A stretch of DNA of 64,000 bases from Anaerolineae bacterium. GTDB taxonomy: Bacteria > Chloroflexota > Anaerolineae > UBA1429. The position numbers and the translations under genes were made by a program. How positions within the stretch are numbered: position 1 is the first letter of the stretch; each line of letters opens with the position of its first letter. The stretch spans positions 2,752,001 to 2,816,000 of the forward strand of contig OY776562.1 of assembly GCA_963675785.1 (NCBI GenBank). The letters are read 5' to 3'. Below are positions 48,665-57,335 of the stretch, one piece after another. The notes under the pieces were generated by a model. That model was not told where the DNA came from and made no database searches. It worked only from the letters and a program-made list of their open reading frames with translations.

Positions 48665-50521
48665 CTACTTGACCCAAAGAGGATCAGTCGCATCCTCAAA
48701 GTCCGTCAGTTGTACTACGTTACGTCCGTCCGAGCCCATCACATAGATTTGAGATGTACCATTGCGATTGGACCAAAACACAATGCGACTGCTATCGGGT
48801 GACCAGGATGGACGCTTATCCCATGGCCAACTGTTTTCTGTAAGGTTCACTGCGCCACTGCCATCCGGATAAATCACCCAAATGTCATCGCTGCCGGTTT
48901 CCTCACTCACAAATGCGATTCGGCTACCATCCGGTGACCAAACCGGGTCATAGCATAAATCGCTCAAACGCGTGATCTGCAATGCCGGCAGCTCGCCGTA
49001 TACTTCATGAACAGGCTGTGTCGTAAATATCTGAGCAATACCAGAAATACTTCGCACGAACAGATGGTATCGGCCATCGGGCGAATACATTTCGGCATCT
49101 CGTTGCGTCTCAATATCCGTTGTCAAAGATTTCCACGTACCGAGATATTGCAGATTCGAGCCATCTGGATCCATAACCCAATAGCCTGTCTGGTCATCGG
49201 ATGTGCCCGTAAAGATGATTTTGCCAACATACGAACTAATCGGTTTTGGCGTAGGTATAGCAGTAGCCACGGGCACATAAACCGGAACAGGCGTTGCCGA
49301 GGGCACCGGTGTGGTAGTAGGTGTAGGGCTGGGCGTAATATAGGGGGCAATTTGAACGAGCAACCCCGTTGCATAGGTCACATCGACACCTGGCAGCAGG
49401 GATGCACGGCGATACAGCTCGTAGGCCGTATAAATGTCGCCTTGCCCAGCGATAGTATCAGCGGCCCGGATGTAGGATTCATAAAGCGCTGGCTGTAATA
49501 GAGAACCACCATATTCGGCATCTTGCTGGTAAACGGTCTCCAGCTGACGATAGGCATTGCTCCAATCGCCTCCCTGGTAATAATCCCAGCCTGATAAGAA
49601 TGTGGTTGCCAGGCTTTTTTCAAGCACGATCTCTGTATCGCGCGGTTTGATGGAAAGTGCTTCGCCAAAGTAATCGAGAGCCAAGGAGACATCCGCAAGT
49701 GAAACCTCCTCAGCATGAACCGCCTCAAGCCCTAGCTGAGAATAAAGATCAAACAAACGAGATTGAACTGTATCTTGTTCATAATCCACATTGACCGTTT
49801 GAAGCTGTTCGTAGAGGTCCAGAGCAACTGTGGCATCGCCAGAAGCATAAGATTCTTCGGCCTGTGTAAAAAGATCAGATAGTTCAACTTCTTTGCGAAT
49901 GGAGGTAATACGTGTGCTGACATCCTTGTAACCCGGGCTCGTCAAAGAAATATCGGTGAGAGCGGCAAGGGCCCCAGCCAAATCCCCTTGTTCCTCCAGG
50001 GTAATTGCCTGAGCATACAACGCAGCAATCTCACGCTGCCGGGCTATCTCGGCAAGAGTGTTTGTAGCCTGTTCATTTCCAGGATCTTGCTCCAGATACT
50101 GATTAAAAAGCTCTTCGGCGTTGTCCCAGTCGCCACTTTCGTAATAGTTTTGGGCTTCATCCAGCATATTCTGGAGATCTTGTTGACCCTGCGCCTCTGT
50201 TACAGCCGGAATAACACGTTCTTGCACATACTTGTAGCCATACCATAGGCCCAGGCTCACAGCGCCAACGATGAGCACAATCGTGACAATTCTGCGCCAG
50301 GGAACGGAGACCTGGCGAGCCTTGATGGTTTGGGAGCCGCTGAGCTGAGCCTTGAAACGGGCCTCGTCCAACAAGTCCGTTATACGCTTATCTTGAGGAT
50401 CCTGCTTGATCAGTTCCTCTAAATCCTGAATCGCGCTGGCCCAATCACCAGATTGAAATGCCCGCAGTGCACGAGCATATTGCTCGTCAAACCGCTCTTG
50501 AGAGCGTTCACTCTCTGCCAT
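48665..50521 (-). CDS. Membrane-anchored TPR-repeat protein with Pro/Thr linker and TolB-like (PD40) beta-propeller
   Basis: TPR helices on both sides of one TM; TPSPTPTTTPVPSATP; repeated WSPDGSRIAF / WSPDSSRIVF. Confidence 0.85.
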   Translation of the reverse strand: MAESERSQERFDEQYARALRAFQSGDWASAIQDLEELIKQDPQDKRITDLLDEARFKAQLSGSQTIKARQVSVPWRRIVTIVLIVGAVSLGLWYGYKYVQERVIPAVTEAQGQQDLQNMLDEAQNYYESGDWDNAEELFNQYLEQDPGNEQATNTLAEIARQREIAALYAQAITLEEQGDLAGALAALTDISLTSPGYKDVSTRITSIRKEVELSDLFTQAEESYASGDATVALDLYEQLQTVNVDYEQDTVQSRLFDLYSQLGLEAVHAEEVSLADVSLALDYFGEALSIKPRDTEIVLEKSLATTFLSGWDYYQGGDWSNAYRQLETVYQQDAEYGGSLLQPALYESYIRAADTIAGQGDIYTAYELYRRASLLPGVDVTYATGLLVQIAPYITPSPTPTTTPVPSATPVPVYVPVATAIPTPKPISSYVGKIIFTGTSDDQTGYWVMDPDGSNLQYLGTWKSLTTDIETQRDAEMYSPDGRYHLFVRSISGIAQIFTTQPVHEVYGELPALQITRLSDLCYDPVWSPDGSRIAFVSEETGSDDIWVIYPDGSGAVNLTENSWPWDKRPSWSPDSSRIVFWSNRNGTSQIYVMGSDGRNVVQLTDFEDATDPLWVK

Positions 50522-50548
50522 ATTCTGCTCTCCAAAATTGGTGCGTTA

Positions 50549-51514
50549 TCATCCTGACATCCCCTGCAATGCTCCGAGAATTGGTGGGATGGCCGGGCCG
50601 AGAATGACCACGAACAGTGATGGAAGCTCAAAAAAGACGAGTGGAAACACCATCTTGACCGAAGCCTGCCGCGCCAGTTCTTCGGAACGCTGACGTCTCT
50701 TGATTCGCATCTGCGCCGATTGCGAGCGCAACACATCGGCAATGCTTACGCCCAACTGGTTAGACTGCACCAGTACAGCGACAAAAGCAGAAAGATCCGG
50801 CACATCCACACGCTCAGCCATACTGACCAGTGCGTCCTCTCGCGACACGCCATATTGCATGTCAGCAAGCGAGCGGCGTAGCTCCACCGTCAATGCGTTA
50901 TCCCACTGGCCGCAAACGCGGATAAGTGCAGCCTCAAAAGAAAGTCCCGCCTCTACGCCAATCGTCAACATGTCTAGGGCATCGGGCAGCGCCCGGGCAA
51001 TGTCATGCCTACGACCGTTGGCCTTTCCTCGAAGAACAAAGATTGGCATCAGATACCCCAGTGCCACCAACATGAGGCCATTCCGCAACAAAATGCTGGT
51101 ATCCTGGCTGGAGCCGAATAGGATGAAATAGCCTACGCCCGCCACTGCGGCAATCAGCAAACGAAGTCCGGTAAAGTCCAATCCTGTGAGATTCATGGGA
51201 GAGCCTGCAGCCCGTAAGAGTGACTCTGATTCTTCAAGCCCCTGTTTGGGTGCAAAACGCGAGAAGAACCGAAGCATACTGCGAAAAGCTGGAATAACGA
51301 CCCTTTTTACAAATGGCTCATCAAAGTTCTCGCTCTTTTCGGGAAGAGCTGCCGGATTCCCATAATCTTTGAGCCGCTCGCTAGGCGCTCGGCTCGATGG
51401 GGACATGGACAACCACAAAAAGAGGACCGCCAGGAACGCCAAAATCCCAAACACATAAGGCGCAATATACTGTATTGTCGCAACCGTAATCGGGTCAAGA
51501 TTTAATCCCAACAT
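50549..51514 (-). CDS. tadC: Tad platform protein TadC
   Basis: LPDALDML.I.VEAGLSF, GVSIADVLR, VKMVFPLV. Confidence 0.93.
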   Translation of the reverse strand: MLGLNLDPITVATIQYIAPYVFGILAFLAVLFLWLSMSPSSRAPSERLKDYGNPAALPEKSENFDEPFVKRVVIPAFRSMLRFFSRFAPKQGLEESESLLRAAGSPMNLTGLDFTGLRLLIAAVAGVGYFILFGSSQDTSILLRNGLMLVALGYLMPIFVLRGKANGRRHDIARALPDALDMLTIGVEAGLSFEAALIRVCGQWDNALTVELRRSLADMQYGVSREDALVSMAERVDVPDLSAFVAVLVQSNQLGVSIADVLRSQSAQMRIKRRQRSEELARQASVKMVFPLVFFELPSLFVVILGPAIPPILGALQGMSG

Positions 51515-51516
51515 CG

Positions 51517-52467
51517 CTAAACCTCGATATCCACGATGCGTCGAATCAACAAAAAGCCCGTCCCCTGCATCACCAGTGCAAAGATCCCTATCATCATGAG
51601 GATGGGCTCTGTCGTAAATCCAGAAACATAGTCCGGACTGACGATAAACAGAAACAGGAAAACCATCATGGGCAAACCGGCCAGCATATAGCCCGTTAAT
51701 CGTTGCTGTGCTGTAAGAGATCGTATTTCGCGCTTCATACGGATTCGATCAGTCACTGTATCGCCAATGTTTTCGAGCGTCTCGGCAAGGTTACCGCCCA
51801 TCTCGTATTGCACAGTGATGGCCGTCACCACCAAGTCGATATCGTCTGTTTGAACGCGGTCCGTCATCTCTTCCAGTGCTTGCTGAACGGGAATACCCAG
51901 TGCAACAGAGCGAATAACGCGGCTGAATTCCTCAGAAGCTGGGGCTTCAACCTGGTCGACCACCATCTCTAGTGCCTGAGTAAGGCCATAGCCCGCACGA
52001 AGCGCACTGACAAGCAACGTAAGCACGTTTGGCAATTGTTCTGTGAGAGCGCGTTTTCTCTTGGAGATGCGGGAACGAACCATCACAACGGGCACTACCG
52101 CAAGAATTATCCCCACAACCAACCCGACAAGAGCTCCATTGATCACAGTACCAAGTACCAAGCCCAAAACACCAAGCCCTATAATGATGAGCACGTATTC
52201 AGCGGCAGTCAATGATACGCCTGCCGTCGAAAGTTGGGTGGCAATATTTGCACCTATGCTGGATCGGCCGTTGCCATAACGCCTTTTACGGGCCCGTGCA
52301 GATGCGCGGGAATTATCCTCAACCGCCGCCACGAAATTAGAAGAGCGTCCGTACTCTGACAGACGATCCGAAGCCTGTTCACGCGTGCGCACAAACTGCC
52401 AAACGGCCATGAACATGGCCAAAACGGCAATCAAAATCAACAAAGCAAATGTCAACGGGCTCGCCAT
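51517..52467 (-). CDS. tadB: Tad platform protein TadB
   Basis: QLP..L....LRAGY, GGNLAETL, IRSLTAQ.R. Confidence 0.93.
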   Translation of the reverse strand: MASPLTFALLILIAVLAMFMAVWQFVRTREQASDRLSEYGRSSNFVAAVEDNSRASARARKRRYGNGRSSIGANIATQLSTAGVSLTAAEYVLIIIGLGVLGLVLGTVINGALVGLVVGIILAVVPVVMVRSRISKRKRALTEQLPNVLTLLVSALRAGYGLTQALEMVVDQVEAPASEEFSRVIRSVALGIPVQQALEEMTDRVQTDDIDLVVTAITVQYEMGGNLAETLENIGDTVTDRIRMKREIRSLTAQQRLTGYMLAGLPMMVFLFLFIVSPDYVSGFTTEPILMMIGIFALVMQGTGFLLIRRIVDIEV

Positions 52468-52487
52468 CGTTGTGCAATCCTTTCCCG

Positions 52488-53744
52488 CTATGCAGAACTA
52501 TCGCTCTTGCGCGCAAACCAGGAAAACCTGCTATCGTCTCGTGCAGCATCTTTACCAGATAATGCTGCAAAACCAAGCTCCTGAAGCAGATGTTCTGCCA
52601 ATTTGCGATAAGCCTTGGATACACTTCCTCGGTCATTACTGCGCTGCAAGGGGACTCCTGTATTGATGCTGTGTGTTACCAGGGGTTGGTCATCAGGCAC
52701 TTCAATCTCGACAGGTATTTTCAAGCTGCGCTCAATGTCCTCGCGGCCCATAGCGCCGCGGATATTGGAGCGAATTACCACCAAATCAATCCTCTCGGCG
52801 GAATAGCCGCGTTCAATTAACCTATCGACCATACGCCGCGTGTTGCGCAATCCCACCATCTCTGGCTGCACGGTAATGACGATGTGATCCGCGCTATCTA
52901 AAAAGGCAAACGCGGTGTCATTCATGGGCAAACCAAGATCAACAAGTACAAAAGGGAACATGCGTTTCATCATGGCCGTGATGCGCTGCACCTGGGGCAA
53001 GCTGACCTCATCCGTAAGCTCCCCTGGTGGCGGCGCCAGCAGTACCCTGAGGCCGGAAGCATGTGTTGCCAGTACATCCTCGAGCATGCGATTATCTACC
53101 TGAGCCAAACGCGGCAGCAGGTCGCCGATCGAACGATCCCACTTGAGATTGAGCGCTACGTCCAAAGCAGGCGCCGCAAAGTCAGCATCGACCATGGCCA
53201 CCTGTCTGTTGGAAATTTCTTGCATCCATAACGCCGTATTGATACAGGTAGTCGTTCGCCCCGTCCCCCCCTTAGGGGCACAGAACACAACCACCGAGCC
53301 AGAACGCGTGGGTTCATCATCCGCCAGAGCACTGGGGCGTTGAGACCCAATGACCCGGCGAATGCTGATAATCAAGTCCTCACGCGAGATTGGCTTGGTA
53401 ACAAAGGCCCTGGCTCCCGCAAGTACTGCCTTGCTCGCTGTAGCCATTGAATCCCAGCCAACAATCGCCAGAATCTCTGTCTCGGGCACCGAGGCGAGCA
53501 ACTGTGTAATTAATCGCTCGATATCCATGCCGAGCAGCTCTTCATCAATCAGAACGACGTGCGGAATGATGTCTGCCGCACGCACCAGTACCAGCTCAGG
53601 TTGCGAGACCCAATAAAGCTGATGGTTACCTAGGTGCTCGGCAAGAATTTCAGATACTTCTTCAAAAGTCGATTCCTGGGTTGAAACCAAAAGAATCCGC
53701 GTTGTCTCGCCAAAGCCAGATTGTAATATTCCCGAACCGGCCAT
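52488..53744 (-). CDS. cpaE: CpaE/TadZ: atypical receiver domain plus MinD-like ATPase
   Basis: AGARAFVTKP, PKGGTGRTT, HASGLRVLLAP; alternative TTG start at 53750. Confidence 0.9.
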   Translation of the reverse strand: MAGSGILQSGFGETTRILLVSTQESTFEEVSEILAEHLGNHQLYWVSQPELVLVRAADIIPHVVLIDEELLGMDIERLITQLLASVPETEILAIVGWDSMATASKAVLAGARAFVTKPISREDLIISIRRVIGSQRPSALADDEPTRSGSVVVFCAPKGGTGRTTTCINTALWMQEISNRQVAMVDADFAAPALDVALNLKWDRSIGDLLPRLAQVDNRMLEDVLATHASGLRVLLAPPPGELTDEVSLPQVQRITAMMKRMFPFVLVDLGLPMNDTAFAFLDSADHIVITVQPEMVGLRNTRRMVDRLIERGYSAERIDLVVIRSNIRGAMGREDIERSLKIPVEIEVPDDQPLVTHSINTGVPLQRSNDRGSVSKAYRKLAEHLLQELGFAALSGKDAARDDSRFSWFARKSDSSA

Positions 53745-53788
53745 AATCAACTCACGTCCAATGCTAATTGCTCAATGCTAATCGTATT

Positions 53789-54601
53789 TCAGCGCTCAGC
53801 CTCATCGGGCAGCTGGTAGCGGTTGATCAAATAGTCCATATCCACAGGCTCAACTTCAAAGGATTGGTCTGCACCCGGAGCCCGCAGAACCACATCCATA
53901 ATGCCGTCGCCATCGAGCACATATTTGATGATTAGCGCATCTTGAGGGCTTACTGCAACCATCAATGCCTGCGCCGTGCCAAAGCTGCTGCCATCCACTT
54001 CTTCAGCTACAATAGCGGAAACAGTGCCGTTCTGCAGACCATCGTATGTAACTTGCTTGTCCTCGCCGCGGCTGACAGTACCATCGACATAATCCGTTGT
54101 GGTGGTAGTATCTTCGATGGATGGCACCGGCACAAACACGGTAAATAGAAGATCGATCTGGTCGCCCGCTTTGAGCGTGCCAGATTCCGACATGAGATCA
54201 CTTGTGGGCAGCGCCATCAGCACACTGTCCTCTTGCAACAAGATACCGGTACGGCCATCATTGGCAACCACGTTCGGATCGACGAGGCGCTGATCCAGCA
54301 GAATCTCGCCCGTGTAAATATCCACCGAGGCGACCATGCCCACAACATCGCTTGTGGATGCCAGCGCCCCTGAAGGAACCTGGTCCACCGACATGTCAAT
54401 TACTTGTACATCGGTTGCTGTAATCACCGTGCGGATGGGAATGTCTGTCGTCGCGACAACGACACTCACCGTAGGCCCCAGATCAACAACAACCTCACCA
54501 GAAGAAGCTGAACCGCTAAGAGCGATAAAGCCAACCAGCGCTGCAAGGCCGGCCACGATCAAGCCAGCAATCAGCCACAACCACCCCTTTAGACGTCCCA
54601 A
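53789..54601 (-). CDS. cpaB: Flp pilus assembly protein CpaB/RcpC
   Basis: N-terminal TM, SAF domain (VVVATTDIP..TVIT), LKAGDQIDLL. Confidence 0.92.
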   Translation of the reverse strand: MGRLKGWLWLIAGLIVAGLAALVGFIALSGSASSGEVVVDLGPTVSVVVATTDIPIRTVITATDVQVIDMSVDQVPSGALASTSDVVGMVASVDIYTGEILLDQRLVDPNVVANDGRTGILLQEDSVLMALPTSDLMSESGTLKAGDQIDLLFTVFVPVPSIEDTTTTTDYVDGTVSRGEDKQVTYDGLQNGTVSAIVAEEVDGSSFGTAQALMVAVSPQDALIIKYVLDGDGIMDVVLRAPGADQSFEVEPVDMDYLINRYQLPDEAER

Positions 54602-54708
54602 TGGTTACCTCCCTCAAGAAGCAAAACCGGGAAGAATCTTGTTTGCTCTCCCCCAAGCAAAGACACTCCCCGGCTCAGGTGCCGCGACACCAAAGTGCCG
54701 GGCGCCGA

Positions 54709-55998
54709 CTACAAGCTCAGCCTAAACTGGATATTGGCAAATATCTCCTCATAGACGCTTTGAAGTTCACTAGCGTCAGGGGCGTAAAAATACCGATCCG
54801 AGGCTCCGGCGAGATCACGCATAAAGGCCTCATCACAAAAAGTACCCAATGCAATGGTATAGATGAGATATCCATCATCCAGAGCATTTTCGGCCACACC
54901 TAAAGCATATATTTCGGCAGCATAGTTATAGCTATCACCACATCGACCACGATTATCACAATTGGCCACACCGTCACTGAGCAAGATGATCACTTTTTTG
55001 GCATTGGCCCGGCCGTTGCTATCCAATTCATTATAAGCCACCGACATGCCACCGCCAGTGTTGGTCCAACCATCAGCCGTCAGGCCTCCAATAGCAGAAT
55101 TAACCGATGAAAAATTATCGGATAGATGAAGGTTCAACCATGCGCTGGTAGAATAAGAAGCCAATCCAATGCGGGTGAGTTCGGCATCGTTCAGTGAGAC
55201 AAAATAGCGAGCTGCATCCTGAGCCTGGCCTAGCGGTTCTTCTCGAACGGTCTTCCACACCTCTACCCAATCATCGTGGCAAACGTATTCATAATCACAA
55301 ACTTGTTGCCAACGCCGACCAACACGAACCCATTGACACACACGCTCATAGTCGCAAGTTTCCTGGTACACCCAATCCCGATATTGGTATTGGCCGTATC
55401 CACTTACCCAGGGAAGATCCATGTCCTCAGAATCATCATCCATACTGCCAGAAATGTCCATCACGAGCAAGATATCCAGCGGCTGATACTGGGCCACTGA
55501 GACTGCCGAGGCGGTCATATGCCAGGTTACGGTGATCGGTTCCGTAGTAGCCAACGGATCGACTGTAGGCGTTGGTGTTCCTGGCCCTACCTCATAACCC
55601 GAACTGGCGCCGATGCTTAGAACCTGAAAAACCCCGGCGAAATAAGTGTCAGCCGAGGCGCTGGCCTCGACCTGAATGCCCGTAGCGCCACTGGGTGGAT
55701 CAGAAGTAGCGGCAAGGTCCCCCATCGAATCGCCGTTAACGTCCACATACATGGCCTCATCCAGCTCGGCGCCATTCGCTATTACGTAAGCCTCGAGGGT
55801 GTCATAGATCTCTTGGCTGGTCACATGCTGGGCCATGAGGGAGACCGCCGCCAAACCAGCAGCGTCGGCCGCCGTGCGAGCCTTGCGGCGCTGCACATAG
55901 CCAATGCCCACATCAACAGCAAGCGCCAACATACCCAGAATAATGACCATGCTCAAGGCCACATACACCAGCGTGCTGCCGCGTTCTTTTCTTTTCAT
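54709..55998 (-). CDS. tadG: TadG-like minor pilin / tip adhesin with vWA domain
   Basis: ERGSTLV prepilin-like start, AVDVG, AADAA; vWA MIDAS DISGS, TNTGGG, LLSDG, IYTIALG. Confidence 0.88.
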   Translation of the reverse strand: MKRKERGSTLVYVALSMVIILGMLALAVDVGIGYVQRRKARTAADAAGLAAVSLMAQHVTSQEIYDTLEAYVIANGAELDEAMYVDVNGDSMGDLAATSDPPSGATGIQVEASASADTYFAGVFQVLSIGASSGYEVGPGTPTPTVDPLATTEPITVTWHMTASAVSVAQYQPLDILLVMDISGSMDDDSEDMDLPWVSGYGQYQYRDWVYQETCDYERVCQWVRVGRRWQQVCDYEYVCHDDWVEVWKTVREEPLGQAQDAARYFVSLNDAELTRIGLASYSTSAWLNLHLSDNFSSVNSAIGGLTADGWTNTGGGMSVAYNELDSNGRANAKKVIILLSDGVANCDNRGRCGDSYNYAAEIYALGVAENALDDGYLIYTIALGTFCDEAFMRDLAGASDRYFYAPDASELQSVYEEIFANIQFRLSL

Positions 55999-56020
55999 AG
56001 CGGCCTCCTTATAAGGGGAC

Positions 56021-56443
56021 CTATTCAACCTGCATCGTCGATGCAGCTTGTATGCTAAAGACCCCGTCGCTGACCCCCAGCGCCTCTAAAAGGACTCCTG
56101 TGGCCAGCGTGTAATCATAGGTTACCACCACACGCACGGGCCGAGGATCACCCTCGTCCGGCCGACTAATTGTTATTGTAAGCAAATCTTCATTCAGCCC
56201 CGTTGTCAACGTACGAGCGGCTTCGTCAATCCCAGTTATATCCGTCGGGAAAACCGAGCCATAGCGCGCTCCCTCACGGGCGGCGTTAGAGATAGTATTG
56301 TAAGAAAAGATCAACATCCCGAATTCAAGGATGGCCATCATGACCATCATCACCACGGGAATGACCAAAGCGAACTCGACCAGTTCCTGGCCTCGCTCGC
56401 GAGATTTTCTCTTGCTTTTATCCGCTAACAAGTATCGTTTCAT
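56021..56443 (-). CDS. tadE: TadE-like pseudopilin
   Basis: ERGQELVEFALV, NAAREGARYG. Confidence 0.92.
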   Translation of the reverse strand: MKRYLLADKSKRKSRERGQELVEFALVIPVVMMVMMAILEFGMLIFSYNTISNAAREGARYGSVFPTDITGIDEAARTLTTGLNEDLLTITISRPDEGDPRPVRVVVTYDYTLATGVLLEALGVSDGVFSIQAASTMQVE

Positions 56444-56895
56444 GACGACCGCACCGGGAATACCACATAGGTGCTGAGTTCGCCATTCCAGCCAAAGATG
56501 CCCAGCATGATCGGATCATAGGCATAATCTACCGTCACCCGCACCGAACCAAGAGGATCGCCAGTAACGTTGGCTTCAACATCAATTTCTGCCAGACCGG
56601 CATCCTCGGAGAGATCGACGACGGTACCCTGGGTTTCGGAGCGCACGTGAGTGATAATCAATGCCTCATCGCCCGAAGAGATGCTGACGTTATAGTACGG
56701 CGAACCGCTGGAGGAGAGGACGTTAAAAGCATAACGTCCCCCCTCACGCGCAGCATTATAGATCGAGATATAGGTGTAATATGCCCGCCCTACATCGATG
56801 ATGCCAACCAGCAACAAAAGAAGCAAAGGCAGAACAAGCGCGGTTTCCACCAGGCTTGCCCCGCGCTCGTTTCGCCTTTGCACCTGCCGTCGCAT
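56440..56895 (-). CDS. tadE: TadE-like pseudopilin
   Basis: ERGASLVETALVLP, NAAREGGRY. Confidence 0.92.
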   Translation of the reverse strand: MRRQVQRRNERGASLVETALVLPLLLLLLVGIIDVGRAYYTYISIYNAAREGGRYAFNVLSSSGSPYYNVSISSGDEALIITHVRSETQGTVVDLSEDAGLAEIDVEANVTGDPLGSVRVTVDYAYDPIMLGIFGWNGELSTYVVFPVRSS

Positions 56896-56914
56896 CACAA
56901 AAGACCGCCCGTCG

Positions 56915-57103
56915 TCAGCCGCCGAGGCTACCAGTGATGTTCTCAAAAACAGCAGCAATAGTCTCGCCAAGGGGCCCTAGCGCCAAGATGACAACGACAG
57001 CGATGAGCACAATGATCAGGGCGTACTCTACCAGAGACTGGCCCTCTTCGCGGTGGAGCAGCGAATCAGCATACGCCTTTGCCAACAAATAAGCCTTGAG
57101 CAT
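56915..57103 (-). CDS. flp: Flp family major pilin (62 aa)
   Basis: EEGQSLVEYALII Flp motif; GGAGG RBS. Confidence 0.95.
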   Translation of the reverse strand: MLKAYLLAKAYADSLLHREEGQSLVEYALIIVLIAVVVILALGPLGETIAAVFENITGSLGG

Positions 57104-57203
57104 TTCTTTTCCTCCCAATGGCACATGTTTTTTCGTCCCAGTTATCAGCATCTACCCGGCCGGCCTGGTTAATTCGGCGCGGGCTATCTGCTAACGTGCT
57201 TTT

Positions 57204-57246
57204 ACTCTAGCGCACCATGGTTAATATAACGTAAAGCTGGCGTAAC
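57204..57246 (-). promoter_or_regulatory. flp promoter: -10 TAGAGT with poor -35, and three 11-bp-spaced repeats GTTAC/TTTAC/TTAAC
   Basis: Minus strand GTTACGCCAGC-TTTACGTTATA-TTAACCATGGTGCGC-TAGAGT. Confidence 0.6.
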
Positions 57247-57335
57247 TATTGTATAGCAGTACGTATTATGTCTATAAATAAAAAACCAGGATGTAAACGT
57301 CTGTTCACACCCCGGCAAGTTCTCAATGTTCGCAG

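Noticed and set aside
57110-57200. c-di-GMP riboswitch upstream of flp
   Set aside because: No GGCAAAC / GNRA tetraloop-receptor pattern visible
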